A stretch of 63,945 nucleotides of DNA from assembly GCF_000315625.1 (NCBI RefSeq), contig NW_005434554.1:61297-125241 (forward strand), in the 5' to 3' direction. Below, piece by piece: positions 1-13,477 of the stretch; positions within the stretch are counted from its first letter, which is position 1; every line of letters begins with the position of its first letter. The notes under the pieces were generated by a model. That model was not told where the DNA came from. It worked only from the letters and a program-made list of their open reading frames with translations, and did no database searches. The DNA is from Guillardia theta CCMP2712. Its lineage: Eukaryota > Protista > Cryptophyta. The translations under genes and the position numbers were made by a program.

Positions 1-156
1 CCATCTCCAGCCCATTCCCTCTCTCTCCTTCCCTCCCTCCCTCCCCTCCCTTCCCCTCCCTTCCCATGTTCTGCCGTGCTCCTCGCCCTCTACATTGCTT
101 CTTGCTCGCTGTCTCCCACTTGTCATCGTTCTCCTCATCTTCTCTCGCAGTCTCAG

Positions 157-2850
<2,694 letters not shown>

Positions 2851-3434
2851 GAAGATCGAGGAGCAGGAGCAGAGCAGAACATGAAGGAGGAAGGAGCAGC
2901 AGCAGCATGGAGCAGGAGGAGGAGGTGGAGGAGGAGGAGGAGGAGGAGAAGCAGCAGCAGCAGGAAGGAGCAGGAGGAGCGACTGACTGGTGAATTCTGT
3001 AGGATGTGGACGACTCGGAGTGGATGGAGGGACCTGCTTACGAGCGGAAAGAGCGATCCGAGACTTCATCGCAGGAGGGCGGAGGGGAGGGAGGAGGAGG
3101 CGAAGGAGAAGATGGAGAAGGGAAGGAGGAAGAGGCAGAGGCGGAAGCAGAACCAGGAGAGTAGAGTCGATCGGGATGCTGTCGACGGGGCTTGTAGACA
3201 TCTTGTACACTAGAGGAGAGGTAGAGGAGGATGTAGGGAGGAGAGATAATCGCATGTCTCGCTTGCTTGTAAAATTTGATGCAACTTTGATGTCGATTTC
3301 CATACTTAGACTTTCTTGCTTGCTTGTGTTCATTCTCTCCTCCTTCCCTCCCTCCTCAGGTTCCTCTTGATTCTCCTCCTTGCCTCCCGTTGAACATCAC
3401 CCAACCTGTAGCAGTTCGAGAGCCTTTCTCTTCG

Positions 3435-4481
3435 CTACACTCGCCTCCATATCACGTCCCATCCCCACCTCCTCATATCGGTATCTTGACAGCAACTCAG
3501 CTTGCCCCCGGAGGGATCGAACGGCGTCAACCCGCTGTCATGCAGCACCTGCATCGAGCTGCTCACTGAGCAGGGCGACAACCTCCCAATCTGCTGCTTC
3601 AGCTGGCCGAACTCCATGAAGACGGCCATCACCCTCTTGCCCGCGAACAGCTCTCGAGCTCCCTGTATCGCCTTACACTCTCCTCCCTCGATGTCCAGCT
3701 TCATCAGCAGCGACTTGCTGCCTGTCAGCATTGGCAGCAGCATGTCCAGCGTGATGGACGTCACCGTGTCCCCTCCCTTCGCCCCTGCCTCCCCCCACTG
3801 CGTCCCCCCTACGTTGTCGGCGATCGACGTGACGGTTTTGAACTGCTTCCCAGCGACATCAGCTACCGTGTTCTTGAACAGCAGCACGTCTCGGTTCAGC
3901 CGGCTCGACATGCCGTTCTTCTTCAGCGACAGGAGGATCCGGTCGACGTTGGACGTCAGCGGCTCCACCATCAGCACCCGGTGGCCGTTCTTCGCCGCCA
4001 GCAGGCTGTACATTCCCAACTGAGCCCCAACATCAATGACAACCGCGTCTCTGTTGCTCTTGAGCATCTTGATGAAGTGGTGCACTAGATGCGCCTCCCA
4101 CACTCCCTTCCTCATGAGCTCGCCGCTGACGTGAATGTCCCGCTCAACGGGATGGAGGCAGATGATCGGCCTCTCCCCCGCTGCGTTCATGACGACGCAC
4201 CTTGCGGTCATGTTGTTGCCCTCCTCCAGCTGAACTTGGTGGAAGAACGCGGGAGATGATCTCTCCCCGAACGCTGCTGCGGATGGCTTAGGGTGCGCGG
4301 GGCTGACGTGAGGAGGAGAGGAGGAGCTCTCCTGCCTGCCTTGTGCGCTCTTCCCTTCACGTCTCGCTCCATTGAAGTGGTCCGAAGGAACTCCAACCGG
4401 CATCCCTGGCTTCGGCACCTGCCATGCTGATCCGTTGAAGCGCATCCGAACGTTGTCAGCACTCATCAGGGGAGCGTGCAT
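3435..4481 (-). CDS. FkbM family SAM-dependent methyltransferase
   Basis: 348-aa ORF with GVWE, VIDVGAQLGMYSLLAA, VEP, TLD and LMKLDIEGGECKAIQGA motifs. An upstream exon is possible. Confidence 0.85.
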   Translation of the reverse strand: MHAPLMSADNVRMRFNGSAWQVPKPGMPVGVPSDHFNGARREGKSAQGRQESSSSPPHVSPAHPKPSAAAFGERSSPAFFHQVQLEEGNNMTARCVVMNAAGERPIICLHPVERDIHVSGELMRKGVWEAHLVHHFIKMLKSNRDAVVIDVGAQLGMYSLLAAKNGHRVLMVEPLTSNVDRILLSLKKNGMSSRLNRDVLLFKNTVADVAGKQFKTVTSIADNVGGTQWGEAGAKGGDTVTSITLDMLLPMLTGSKSLLMKLDIEGGECKAIQGARELFAGKRVMAVFMEFGQLKQQIGRLSPCSVSSSMQVLHDSGLTPFDPSGGKLSCCQDTDMRRWGWDVIWRRV

Positions 4482-4880
4482 GCTCTTCCTTGCAGTGTCG
4501 TGATGACCTTGAACCCTCCCTTCCTCTCCTCGTATCCTCTCCTCTCCTCTCCTCTCCTCTCCTCTCCTCTCCTCTCCTTGCTATCTGTCTGGTATCGCTT
4601 TTCTCATTTCACTTCAATTCTCTTTGTTTCTCACTTCCGCAATCGTCCAGCTCCTAAAATCCTCGAGGAAATTTCGCTGAAATTCGCACGATGTCTTCAA
4701 AATGTTCAAACTGTAAGGTAAATATACAGAATTCCGTCCCTTTATTATCAACATCATATCCATCACCATCATATTCATTATCATCACCACCACCGTCCTT
4801 TCCTTCCCTACCGTGTCGACTTTATTTCAACATCCTCCTCCACAGATTGAGATTGTTCCCCGAACAAAAGACGAAGACAA

Positions 4881-5870
4881 ATGCGTAAGTCCCAATCTTT
4901 TCATGTTTTATCTCACGTTGCTCTTTCAGGCTGTGAGACTGTTTTCCCATCTGTCGTTCTACTTACACTCTTCTCCTTCCTGCTCTCCTACGATTCACAA
5001 ACGACGGGTTCACAGGGGGTGAATTTTGATCTCCGTCCTTGCATCCCACTAGACTACACTGACGATGGTTCTTGTGGTTGGGTCCGTATCAAAACAACTT
5101 GTACAATGCACAGCTTGTGAGTTCCACTATTGTTTCTAGAATGTCTTTGTCTTCTGCTCCCGCTTCCCTCCTCACCCTTCCTCCCTCCTCCCTCCTCCCT
5201 TTTCCCTACTCCCTCCTCACCTCCTCCCTCCATTCTGCTGTTGTTGCTCTCTGCTCCTCGTTCCCCACAAACATCACCTGCTCTTTTTCTTCCTCAACTT
5301 TTTCGTCCTCGTCCTTTCCGTCCTCCTCTCTTGATCTGCTCGTAAGCAAAGGATCTGACTAGCCGATGTGGTGGATTCGTCTCGCTGGACGCGTCGATTC
5401 CATCCTCCAGCAAGTGAGCTATGACATGCGTCTCGATTGCCTGCTGACTGTTGTTTTGTATTCTGCAACAACAGTGGGTGAGGAGCAGTTGTCTGCTGTT
5501 ATCATCTGCAGAGCCCTTGCTGACTTGTTCATATGTGAATCTCATCGATGACTGCAATGGATCAGCTTGTAAGGGACTTTGATATGAATGCAAGGGGTAG
5601 CTAATTCTCTGTCTTCTCCTCCCTCTCTCCCTCTCTCCTTCCCTCCTTCATCATCCTGTTTCTATTCCTCATTCCTCATCTTCATCCTCTTTCTTGTTTT
5701 CTCCCTTCTCAACAACATCATTCTCGTACTCTTCTTCCTTTCCTTCCACACCCCCTGTCCCTTCCCTCCTCTGTTGGCAGTATTCTTATGAAGCTGGAAG
5801 CGGCAATCGTTGCAAGGAGTGCGCCAAGACAGAACTCAATCATTACACACCCTACAAGTTTTGCTACGTG
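4881..5870 (+). CDS. Hypothetical Cys-containing, possibly secreted protein (exon model uncertain)
   Basis: ATG at 4881 with a GTAAGT intron gives MRCETVFPSVVLLTLFSFLLSY..PCIPLDYTDDGSCGW. A later exon-like segment reads CKECAKTELNHYTPYKFCY. Confidence 0.35.
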
Positions 5871-6950
5871 AGCAGAGAAAAATTGGAACGATGACGAGAT
5901 CCTCTGACTTGTGATGTGATTTGCGCATTTCTCAACAATCTTGGTGATATCAGTGGGTGAGGAAACTTTTCTTTGAGTTGACAATGCTTCATGGAAATGT
6001 TGTTCTGATTTTCTGCTTTTCTTGTCAAACTCTCTCTGTATGAATTCACATCAACCTTGTCTTTCATCGGGGACTTCATCGTCGATCGCCAGTCTGTGAG
6101 CTCTTTGTCCATTAGTTTGTTCGGGCCTGAATGTTTTGACTGTTTCAGGAGGTTAGATCAAACTTTTGTCGTCTCCGAAAACAAACCATCATCATTTCAT
6201 TGCTTACTTGATTTGTTTGGTGGAAATCGTCGCCTGCAACTCTTACGATCAGTGGGTAAGGAACATTCTCAATGCTTTGGTTTGCTAATGATTTCCTCAC
6301 TAATGATCTTGGCTGGTGGTGGAAATTACAAAGCTGGTGAGATCAAAGTGCAGATGCAGTGAATGAGTGCTGATGTTTCGCTTCTGACTCTAATCGAATT
6401 CAACGCTTCTACAAATCATCAGCTTGTGAGTCAGCGAATGTTTTGCCTACTTCTTGTTGACTGTTGTCTTGTCTTCCTTGTCCTCCCTTTCGAACAGACG
6501 GTGAATCAACAACTTGTCTCGACATTGAACTCTGACCCTGTCGTCTGCTCTCCTTCAATCTGGCTCCTCCTGCTTTCCATCAGAGTGTGAGTGTTGATCT
6601 CAACCCTCCCTTGTTCTTTCTGACTTCTTCTCTTTCTTGTTTTGCGATTCTCTGCTATCTGTACAGGAGGTGAGCTTGCATGTGCTGAAGTCTTCTTATA
6701 AGCTGATCTCAATGTGCGCTTGGTGTCCACATTGACCTCAACAGCGGGTAACTTCTCATGTTGCCTTGTTGTGTTTCTTCCTTTGTGATGGAATGTTTCT
6801 TCCTTGCGATCTCTTGTCATGCTTTGTCAACAGGATGTAAGTATTTGCAGCCTTGCTCTCCTGTACCCTAACGTGATTGCATGAAAACACTTCCACTGTC
6901 AACTTTGGCGAAGAGCAGCGGGTACGATACTCTGAATCACTTTCTCCAAT
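5864..6950 (-). CDS. Hypothetical hydrophilic protein fragments
   Basis: Successive K/R/E/S-rich minus-strand ORFs (6506-6820, 5864-6112); no recognisable domain. Confidence 0.3.
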
Positions 6951-7063
6951 CCTCTGATGACCGTCACTTTACCTTCTCCTGCTGCAAATCCAACACGACG
7001 AATAGTGTTGTGTAAGTCTGTTGCGTTTGATTGTCAATGATCTGAAAGCACTACATGTAGAAC

Positions 7064-8944
7064 GTGAGCGTCTGTTCTTCATCTCCTATGAAATCTTACG
7101 GTGGGGAGGGCAGTGCGGGAAGGCTTCGAGATGGCTGCAGCAAGTCAAGGTCTCTGCTATGCTTTTCCCCTCCTCCTTTATCTTCATCCTCATTTCACTG
7201 TCCTTCGTGTACCTCCCATCATTCCCCATCTTTGTCGGTTTGTGCCATTCCCTTCTCCTCCTCGTCTCCATCAACCTCTTCGTTTTCTCAGATTTTCCTG
7301 CTTGTTCCCCTTTCCTTTCCCGGTCCTTCCCTCCTCCTCCTCCTCCTCCTCCTCCTCCTCCTCCTCCTCCTCCTCCTGCTCCTCCCTTCCCTCATTTTTC
7401 TCCTCCATGAGCAGAACGGATGTCTCGCCTGCTGCAAGAGATACCAGGACAAGATCAGACGGCAACAGGCGAGAGGAGGGAGGGAGCAGAGCGATGCGAT
7501 GGCAGAAGATCAGGAGATATCGCAGACAAGGATGCTGGAAGAGCAGCTGATCGACGAATGGATCCTCGAGCAAATGCAGGGACGAAGTGAGGAGGGGAGG
7601 CGTGGAGGACGACAACCTGACGGGGAGGGAGCGGGAGGAGGAGGAGGAGGTAACAAGGACTTGAGGAAGAGGAAGCGAGGGGAGGAGGCGGAGGTCCCGG
7701 ACTCCTTCCGCTGCCCTCTCACCCTCGATATCATGCGCGATCCTGTTCTGACAGCTGACGGGCACACGTACGAGCGGGAGCTGATCCATGAGTGGCTGAC
7801 CCGAAGCTGTTGCAGCCCCCTGACTGGACAGCAGCTTCCCAACAAGGATCTCCTGACCAACCTCGCGCTCAGGAACTCCATCGAGGAGTGGAGGAGGATG
7901 TTCGACGGCAACAGTAGCAGCCTTGAGCTTGTGGTCCCGCACCGTCTCCTGCTCAACGTCTCCAGTCCCATCAAGGGCTGTGAGGATCTGAGCTTTGAGC
8001 AGCTCGCTGACTGTCCTCCTCTCCCTCTTGCTGAGTCGCACCAGCTCAAGAGCGCCTGCATCGGGGCAGGACAGGACAAGACGGTGTACCGAGGGATCCT
8101 GGACGGGAAGGACGTGGCGATACTGCTGGTGAGGAAGGGGGAGAGCGAGCACGAGGAGAGAATACTTCAGAGGCTCGCGCGGCACCCGCACCTTGTCCGG
8201 TTCTGCGGGGCCTCGCGGTGGAACAACCAGCGCCTTCTTGTGACTGAGCTCGCCAAGTTCGGGTCGCTCGACGTGTTTGCCGAGCAGCATAGGGCTGTCC
8301 TCTGCGCGGATCGAGAGGAGGAGGAGGCGCTGCTGTTCGACATCCTCTTCCAAGTGACCGCCGGCATGATCTCCTTGCACCAGGAGGACATTCTTCATCG
8401 CGACCTTGCCCTCAGGAACATCCTTGTCTCCTCCTTCTCCTCCTCCCCCCTCAAGCTCCAAGTTAAAGTCGCAGACTTCGGCTTGAGCCGCAACGGCCCT
8501 TACTACTACCCCGCAGCTGCCGCATCCTCCTCCTCCTCCTCCTCCTCCTCCTCCTCCTCCACGTCCTTTCCAGTGCGTTGGACCGCACCGGAGGCTCTCA
8601 AGAACAGGATGAGGTTCGGGAAGAAGAGCGACGTCTGGTCATTCGGCGTGATGGCGTGGGAGCTGTTGGGCTACGCGGAGTTCATCCCCTACTGGAAGAC
8701 GAGCAGCGACTGTCACGTGCTCCAGGGCGTTGCTGACGGCTCGCTGCAGCTGGAGAAGCCCGAGGGATGCAGCGACAACGTGTGGGAGCTCGCGCAGACC
8801 TGCATGTGCAGGAGCGCGGAGGAGCGGCCTTCGTTCCTGGACGTGCAGTCCTTGATCTTCCACCAGCGGCGCCGGGAGGGCAGGAGGAGGGAGGGGAAGG
8901 AGGAGGAGGACGAGCGACAGCATGCGAAACCAGCGGGCTGTTGA
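7064..8944 (+). CDS. U-box domain + tyrosine-kinase-type protein kinase (true start probably downstream or spliced; ATG at 7499)
   Basis: U-box VPDSFRCPLTLDIMRDPVLTADGHTYERELIHEWL..SPLTGQQL..NLALRNSIEEW. Kinase motifs HRDLALRNIL, DFGLSR, FPVRWTAPE and SDVWSFGV. Confidence 0.9.
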   Translation: MSVCSSSPMKSYGGEGSAGRLRDGCSKSRSLLCFSPPPLSSSSFHCPSCTSHHSPSLSVCAIPFSSSSPSTSSFSQIFLLVPLSFPGPSLLLLLLLLLLLLLLLLLLPSLIFLLHEQNGCLACCKRYQDKIRRQQARGGREQSDAMAEDQEISQTRMLEEQLIDEWILEQMQGRSEEGRRGGRQPDGEGAGGGGGGNKDLRKRKRGEEAEVPDSFRCPLTLDIMRDPVLTADGHTYERELIHEWLTRSCCSPLTGQQLPNKDLLTNLALRNSIEEWRRMFDGNSSSLELVVPHRLLLNVSSPIKGCEDLSFEQLADCPPLPLAESHQLKSACIGAGQDKTVYRGILDGKDVAILLVRKGESEHEERILQRLARHPHLVRFCGASRWNNQRLLVTELAKFGSLDVFAEQHRAVLCADREEEEALLFDILFQVTAGMISLHQEDILHRDLALRNILVSSFSSSPLKLQVKVADFGLSRNGPYYYPAAAASSSSSSSSSSSSTSFPVRWTAPEALKNRMRFGKKSDVWSFGVMAWELLGYAEFIPYWKTSSDCHVLQGVADGSLQLEKPEGCSDNVWELAQTCMCRSAEERPSFLDVQSLIFHQRRREGRRREGKEEEDERQHAKPAGC

Positions 8945-9665
8945 TCTTGTGTAGGGGACGAGTAGGGAGGAGTGCGGAAGAAAGAATGAGACTCTTCTAA
9001 CAAGTACAATAGCGACTTCCGAGGCTCTGACTTGCGGCGAGATCTGAGGGAGTACTACAGACAACATTGCACGTCAAGGATGTGCACAGTGAAGAGAGAT
9101 GGAGTCTAGAAGGCTTCAGCCCAGGTGTTCTTTCCATGTTTTCAAAGAGAGCAAGACTTTCGCTTGCGTTAGGCCTAAAACTAGAACTAGTCTATTGGTG
9201 GGGTAGGGGTCATATTCGGAAGAAGTTTATGTGAAAAGCATTAAACCTCTCAAAAAACTACAAAAGTGTATATCGGACTACATCTTACACCTCTAAATAT
9301 TTACTCAACTTTGCCCTCCCTGCCGGACAAGACCTTATGCTCGTGTCCGGCATCTGTCAGACACTACAATATATTCTCATGACCGGGCCATGGCGCGGCG
9401 GCCGGCCGGTGGCTCCGAATCGCAGGTGGAATTTAAATGCAAGGAACGAGGGGTAGTCTGATGCCCTGAAAGAGGAGAATGGGGGGGTACTCGAGCGGAA
9501 ACCTCAGTGGCAACCGGTAGAGCCTGGTCATTTTTACCACCCCACCCCCTCACACACACGTAGCCTCGTCAACTAAACCTGCAGTACTAAAAGTGAACAA
9601 ATCTCACCACCCCACCCATACAAGAAGTTGCCAAATTACGGTGGCTCCACAAGGGATCTGTCGCA

Positions 9666-12600
9666 ATGCGAGCAAGGGAGCGATGGTTGCTTCTAGCGAT
9701 GCTGGCGAGCTCGTTGATGGAAGAGGTTCGAGCTCAGAGCTCTTACACGTGCGGTACCTGCAACTTCGATGTCTCCAAGACTGGCGTGTTGACACGGCGA
9801 GAAACTACTTGCGACGGCTGCAAGACGCTCACGCTTGAGCACGGCACGAGCATCTCCACCTTGACCCCTGGAGTGTTCGACGGCCTTAGCATGTTAGAGG
9901 AACTGCGTGTGCTCGGCTACAACTTCACTAGCTTGCCTGTTGGAGTCTTCGACGACCTCAAGAACTTGACCTACTTGTCTCTGTCTGGCAACAAGCTGAC
10001 AAGCGTTCCTCAAGCATGTTTCAAGAACCTCACAAGTTTGACCTACTTGTCCTTATCCGACAATAAGCTGACCAGTCTGACAAGCGGGATGTTTCAAGGC
10101 CTGGTCAGCCTAAGAACTCTCGAAGTTTTCCTCAACGAGCTCACAAGCTTGCCTCTCGGAGTCTTCGACAACCTCAACAAGTTGGAGTACTTGTCTCTAT
10201 CCAGCAACAAGCTGGCAAGCATCCCTGAAGGATCATTCAGAAACATGACAAGCTTGATGTTTCTGTATCTATCTCACAACAAGCTGCCAAGTCTGACAAG
10301 CGGGATGTTTCAAGGCCTGGTCAGCCTAAGAACTCTCTCAATACAAGGCAACGAGCTCACAAGCTTGCCTCTCGGAGTCTTCGACGACCTCAATAAGTTG
10401 GAGTACTTGTCTCTATCCAGCAACAAGCTGGCAAGCATCCCTGAAGGATCATTCAGAAACATGACAAGCCTGATGTATCTGTATCTATCTCACAACAAGC
10501 TGCCAAGTCTGACAAGCGGGATGTTTCAAGGCCTGGTCAGCTTGAGCATCCTTGAATTGATGGACAACGAGCTCACAAGCTTGCCTGTCGGAGTCTTCGA
10601 CGATCTCCATAGCTTGACCTACTTGACTGTGTCCCGCAACAAGCTGGCAAGCATCCCTGAAGGATGCTTTAAGAGCCTCACGAAGCTGATGAACATCGAT
10701 CTCTCTCAGAACAGACTGACTATTCTGAGAGGAGAGCAGTTCCGCAATAAGACAAAGTTGTTGTACTTGTATGCCTACAACAATCTCTTGTCCAGCATCG
10801 AGGCAGGTGCGTTTCAAGACCTTAGCAGCTTGCAAACGCTCTATCTTCAACACAACAGCATCTCGACTGTTCCTCAAGGGCTGTTCGACAATCTGACAGC
10901 CTTGGACTGGCTGAACTTGCAAAGCAACAACCTGTCGAGCCTGCCGAGTGGAGTCTTCAATCAAACTGTGAAGCTGAGAGAAGTATACTTGTCCTACAAT
11001 CAGCTCCAGTCGCTGCCTGACGGAATCTTCGACAACACCCCTCGTCTCCAGTACTTTGACGCCGCTATGAACAGTTTGTCGAGTCTGCCATCGGGAGTGT
11101 TTCAGAATCGCAGCAATCTGGTTCACATCAACCTCATGGGCAACAAGCTCTCAAGCTTGCCAGGCACGTTCATGGGACTCACCAGACTCAAGTCACTCAT
11201 ACTGTCAAGCAACTCACTGACTCGGCTACCCAGCAACGTCTTTCAGGGCCTCTCTAGTCTCAACGAGCTGGATATGGTGAACAACTCGATGCAAAGTCTC
11301 CCCCCCGGCGTCTTCGATGATCTCCTTCAGTTGCAAAATCTTGCACTCGACACCGGCTGCCTCAGTAATCTCTCCAGCAGCAGCAGCAGCAACCAGCTCA
11401 CCAAACTGCAGTTCTTGAGCCTATACGATACTACTCAGCGAGGATTGACGGCAGCGGCTGCTTCAGCTCTCAGCAGGTTCAAGTACGTGCAGAACCTCGC
11501 GCTGGGGAAGTATAACTTGTCGCACTTGTCTTCCGAGGACTTCAAGGAGTTGAAGAATGTCGCGCTTCTCATCTTGGGTCTCACCAACTTCACCGTCATC
11601 CCTCCAGGCGCTTTCAATGGCTTCTCCAACATCAAGACGCTCTTCCTCCTCAACAACTCTGCTGCTGGGAAGCCCTCGTGGTCCTTCAGCGGTCTCACTG
11701 GTTTACAGGCTCTTGGGATCCACAACAACACGCTCACTGGGCTTGCAGCTTCGAGTTTCCCCGGTTTGACGAACTTGACGGAGCTTTCACTCTCTCACAA
11801 CCAGCTGTCAAGTCTCGATGAGAACACTTTCAGCGGGCTCTCCATGCTCACCATCCTCAACATCACCAGGAACAAGCTCGCTTCCTTGCTACCCGGCACC
11901 TTCAACGGCCTCTCTGCACTGAAGAGGCTGGGGCTAGGAAACAACACTCTCGCCAGCCTTCCTGCCTGGACGTTCGACGGGGTACCGGGGCTGGAGCATC
12001 TCGACCTCTCTTTCAATCAGCTGAAGAAGATGGAACAAGGAGTGTTGAGCGGGCTGTCGAACCTGACTTCGCTGAACCTCTCGTACAACAGCATCTCAAG
12101 CATCCCTAGTGGAGTCTTCGACGAGCACTTGTCAAGCTTGAAGGTGCTTGACCTTAGGAACAACAACCTCTCCTGCGTCGCCTCGAGAGCCTTCGACAAG
12201 CTGCCCAACATCTCTATCGACCTCAGGAACAATCCTTTGCTCTCCTGCTACCACCCGGCCTGGTCCACGTCAGTGCTGCGAGACACGGGACTGCAGGCAT
12301 GCACGGCAGAGCTAACCTGCGGGGAAGCAGTCTTGAATCAGAGCAAGAGGTTTGAGTTCGTGCTGGCCATGACAGTGAGCGAGTTCAGGAGCAAGGAGGC
12401 CGTCTTCATCGAGAGCTTCGCACGCGCAGCAGGAGTGCCGACGTCACGGGTCAAGGTCGTGGAAGTCAAGTCGGTGACGCTGCGTCGCGCTGCCACGGGC
12501 GTCCGAGTAGTCACGGAGGTGTCGCTAGCAAACAACGAGAACGTTGACGTCAGCTCCTCGACCTTGAACGCTGCCCTCAAGGCCCGTGGGCTCCCGACGG

Positions 12601-12872
12601 TCCAAAGCGATGGAGAACAGGTGACAACGACGACTCCAGCTCCAGCTTCTTCTACTTCAGCTCCAGCTCCAGCTCCGACGACTCCAGCTCCAGCTTCTTC
12701 TACTCCAGCTCCAGCTCCAGCTCCAGCTCCAGCTCCAGCTCCAGCTCCAGCTCCTGCTCCTGCTCTTTCCCCCCCCGCACCTTCGTCCCAATCTTCAATC
12801 CAGACACCTTCTGCTCTGGTCGTAACGGCTTGCGTGACTTTGATGTCTCTGATAGTAATCTCTCACAAGTGA
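9666..12872 (+). CDS. Intronless leucine-rich-repeat cell-surface protein (signal peptide, ~30 LRRs, PA/ST stalk, hydrophobic GPI-like C-terminus)
   Basis: 24-aa repeats LxxLxLxxNxLxxLPxGxF, an N-terminal hydrophobic leader, a (PA)n stalk and the terminal ALVVTACVTLMSLIVI. Confidence 0.92.
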   Translation: MRARERWLLLAMLASSLMEEVRAQSSYTCGTCNFDVSKTGVLTRRETTCDGCKTLTLEHGTSISTLTPGVFDGLSMLEELRVLGYNFTSLPVGVFDDLKNLTYLSLSGNKLTSVPQACFKNLTSLTYLSLSDNKLTSLTSGMFQGLVSLRTLEVFLNELTSLPLGVFDNLNKLEYLSLSSNKLASIPEGSFRNMTSLMFLYLSHNKLPSLTSGMFQGLVSLRTLSIQGNELTSLPLGVFDDLNKLEYLSLSSNKLASIPEGSFRNMTSLMYLYLSHNKLPSLTSGMFQGLVSLSILELMDNELTSLPVGVFDDLHSLTYLTVSRNKLASIPEGCFKSLTKLMNIDLSQNRLTILRGEQFRNKTKLLYLYAYNNLLSSIEAGAFQDLSSLQTLYLQHNSISTVPQGLFDNLTALDWLNLQSNNLSSLPSGVFNQTVKLREVYLSYNQLQSLPDGIFDNTPRLQYFDAAMNSLSSLPSGVFQNRSNLVHINLMGNKLSSLPGTFMGLTRLKSLILSSNSLTRLPSNVFQGLSSLNELDMVNNSMQSLPPGVFDDLLQLQNLALDTGCLSNLSSSSSSNQLTKLQFLSLYDTTQRGLTAAAASALSRFKYVQNLALGKYNLSHLSSEDFKELKNVALLILGLTNFTVIPPGAFNGFSNIKTLFLLNNSAAGKPSWSFSGLTGLQALGIHNNTLTGLAASSFPGLTNLTELSLSHNQLSSLDENTFSGLSMLTILNITRNKLASLLPGTFNGLSALKRLGLGNNTLASLPAWTFDGVPGLEHLDLSFNQLKKMEQGVLSGLSNLTSLNLSYNSISSIPSGVFDEHLSSLKVLDLRNNNLSCVASRAFDKLPNISIDLRNNPLLSCYHPAWSTSVLRDTGLQACTAELTCGEAVLNQSKRFEFVLAMTVSEFRSKEAVFIESFARAAGVPTSRVKVVEVKSVTLRRAATGVRVVTEVSLANNENVDVSSSTLNAALKARGLPTVQSDGEQVTTTTPAPASSTSAPAPAPTTPAPASSTPAPAPAPAPAPAPAPAPAPALSPPAPSSQSSIQTPSALVVTACVTLMSLIVISHK

Positions 12873-12980
12873 ATGAAGCTCGGATAGTAATATCTCACAA
12901 GTAATTGAAGCTCTGATAGTAATCTCTCACAAGTGAATGAAGCTCTGATAGTAATATCTCACAAGTGAATGAAACTCTGA
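12847..12980. repeat. 32-bp tandem repeat, ~4.2 copies, spanning the LRR stop codon
   Basis: CTCTGATAGTAAT(C/A)TCTCACAAGTGAATGAAG at 12847, 12879, 12911 and 12943, with a partial copy at 12975. Confidence 0.92.
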
Positions 12981-13477
12981 AAATGAAGTCCTCTGTTCTC
13001 TTCTCCTTCCTCCTCGCCTCTCTCTGACTGCCCTCGAATCCTCTGCCCTCGTTGTGTTCTCTCTTTCATTCCGTCCTCAGCCTCTTCCTCTCCTCTGCCT
13101 GCTCCTTCTTCTACTCCTCTCTTATTCTCTCTGCTGCTTCTTTGCCGCTGCGGGACGCACATGACCGAAGATACTCCGCGACAATCTTGACCAGCTCAGG
13201 GCCCAGCTGTCAGCCTCAAATTTCCTCGGCCTGGGGGCGCCATCGGGCCCGCCCGGGCTACGGGCCGGCAAGACTTCCGAGCCCGGGCCGGCCTGGCGGG
13301 CCGGGAGGTCCAACGGGCCGTCGGACTGAGTCAAGTTTCTCCGAGGCTCACTCAGCCTGGTTTTCACCCCCGTCCCACCCATTGTAAAGTCCGGAGGGTG
13401 GGGGTTACAACCCCACCCTCACATATTCGAGTTCTCCTGGGGTGGGTGGTTTGACTCTTCCGAACAGTCAAGCCGCT

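Noticed and set aside
5520-5600. Possible selenocysteine UxxC motif (CKGL-TGA-YECK)
   Set aside because: A canonical GTAAGG donor lies just upstream, so the TGA is probably intronic. No SECIS was identified.
12847-12980. CRISPR-like array (also 53517-53636)
   Set aside because: The units are contiguous with no unique spacers, there are no cas genes, and the context is eukaryotic.
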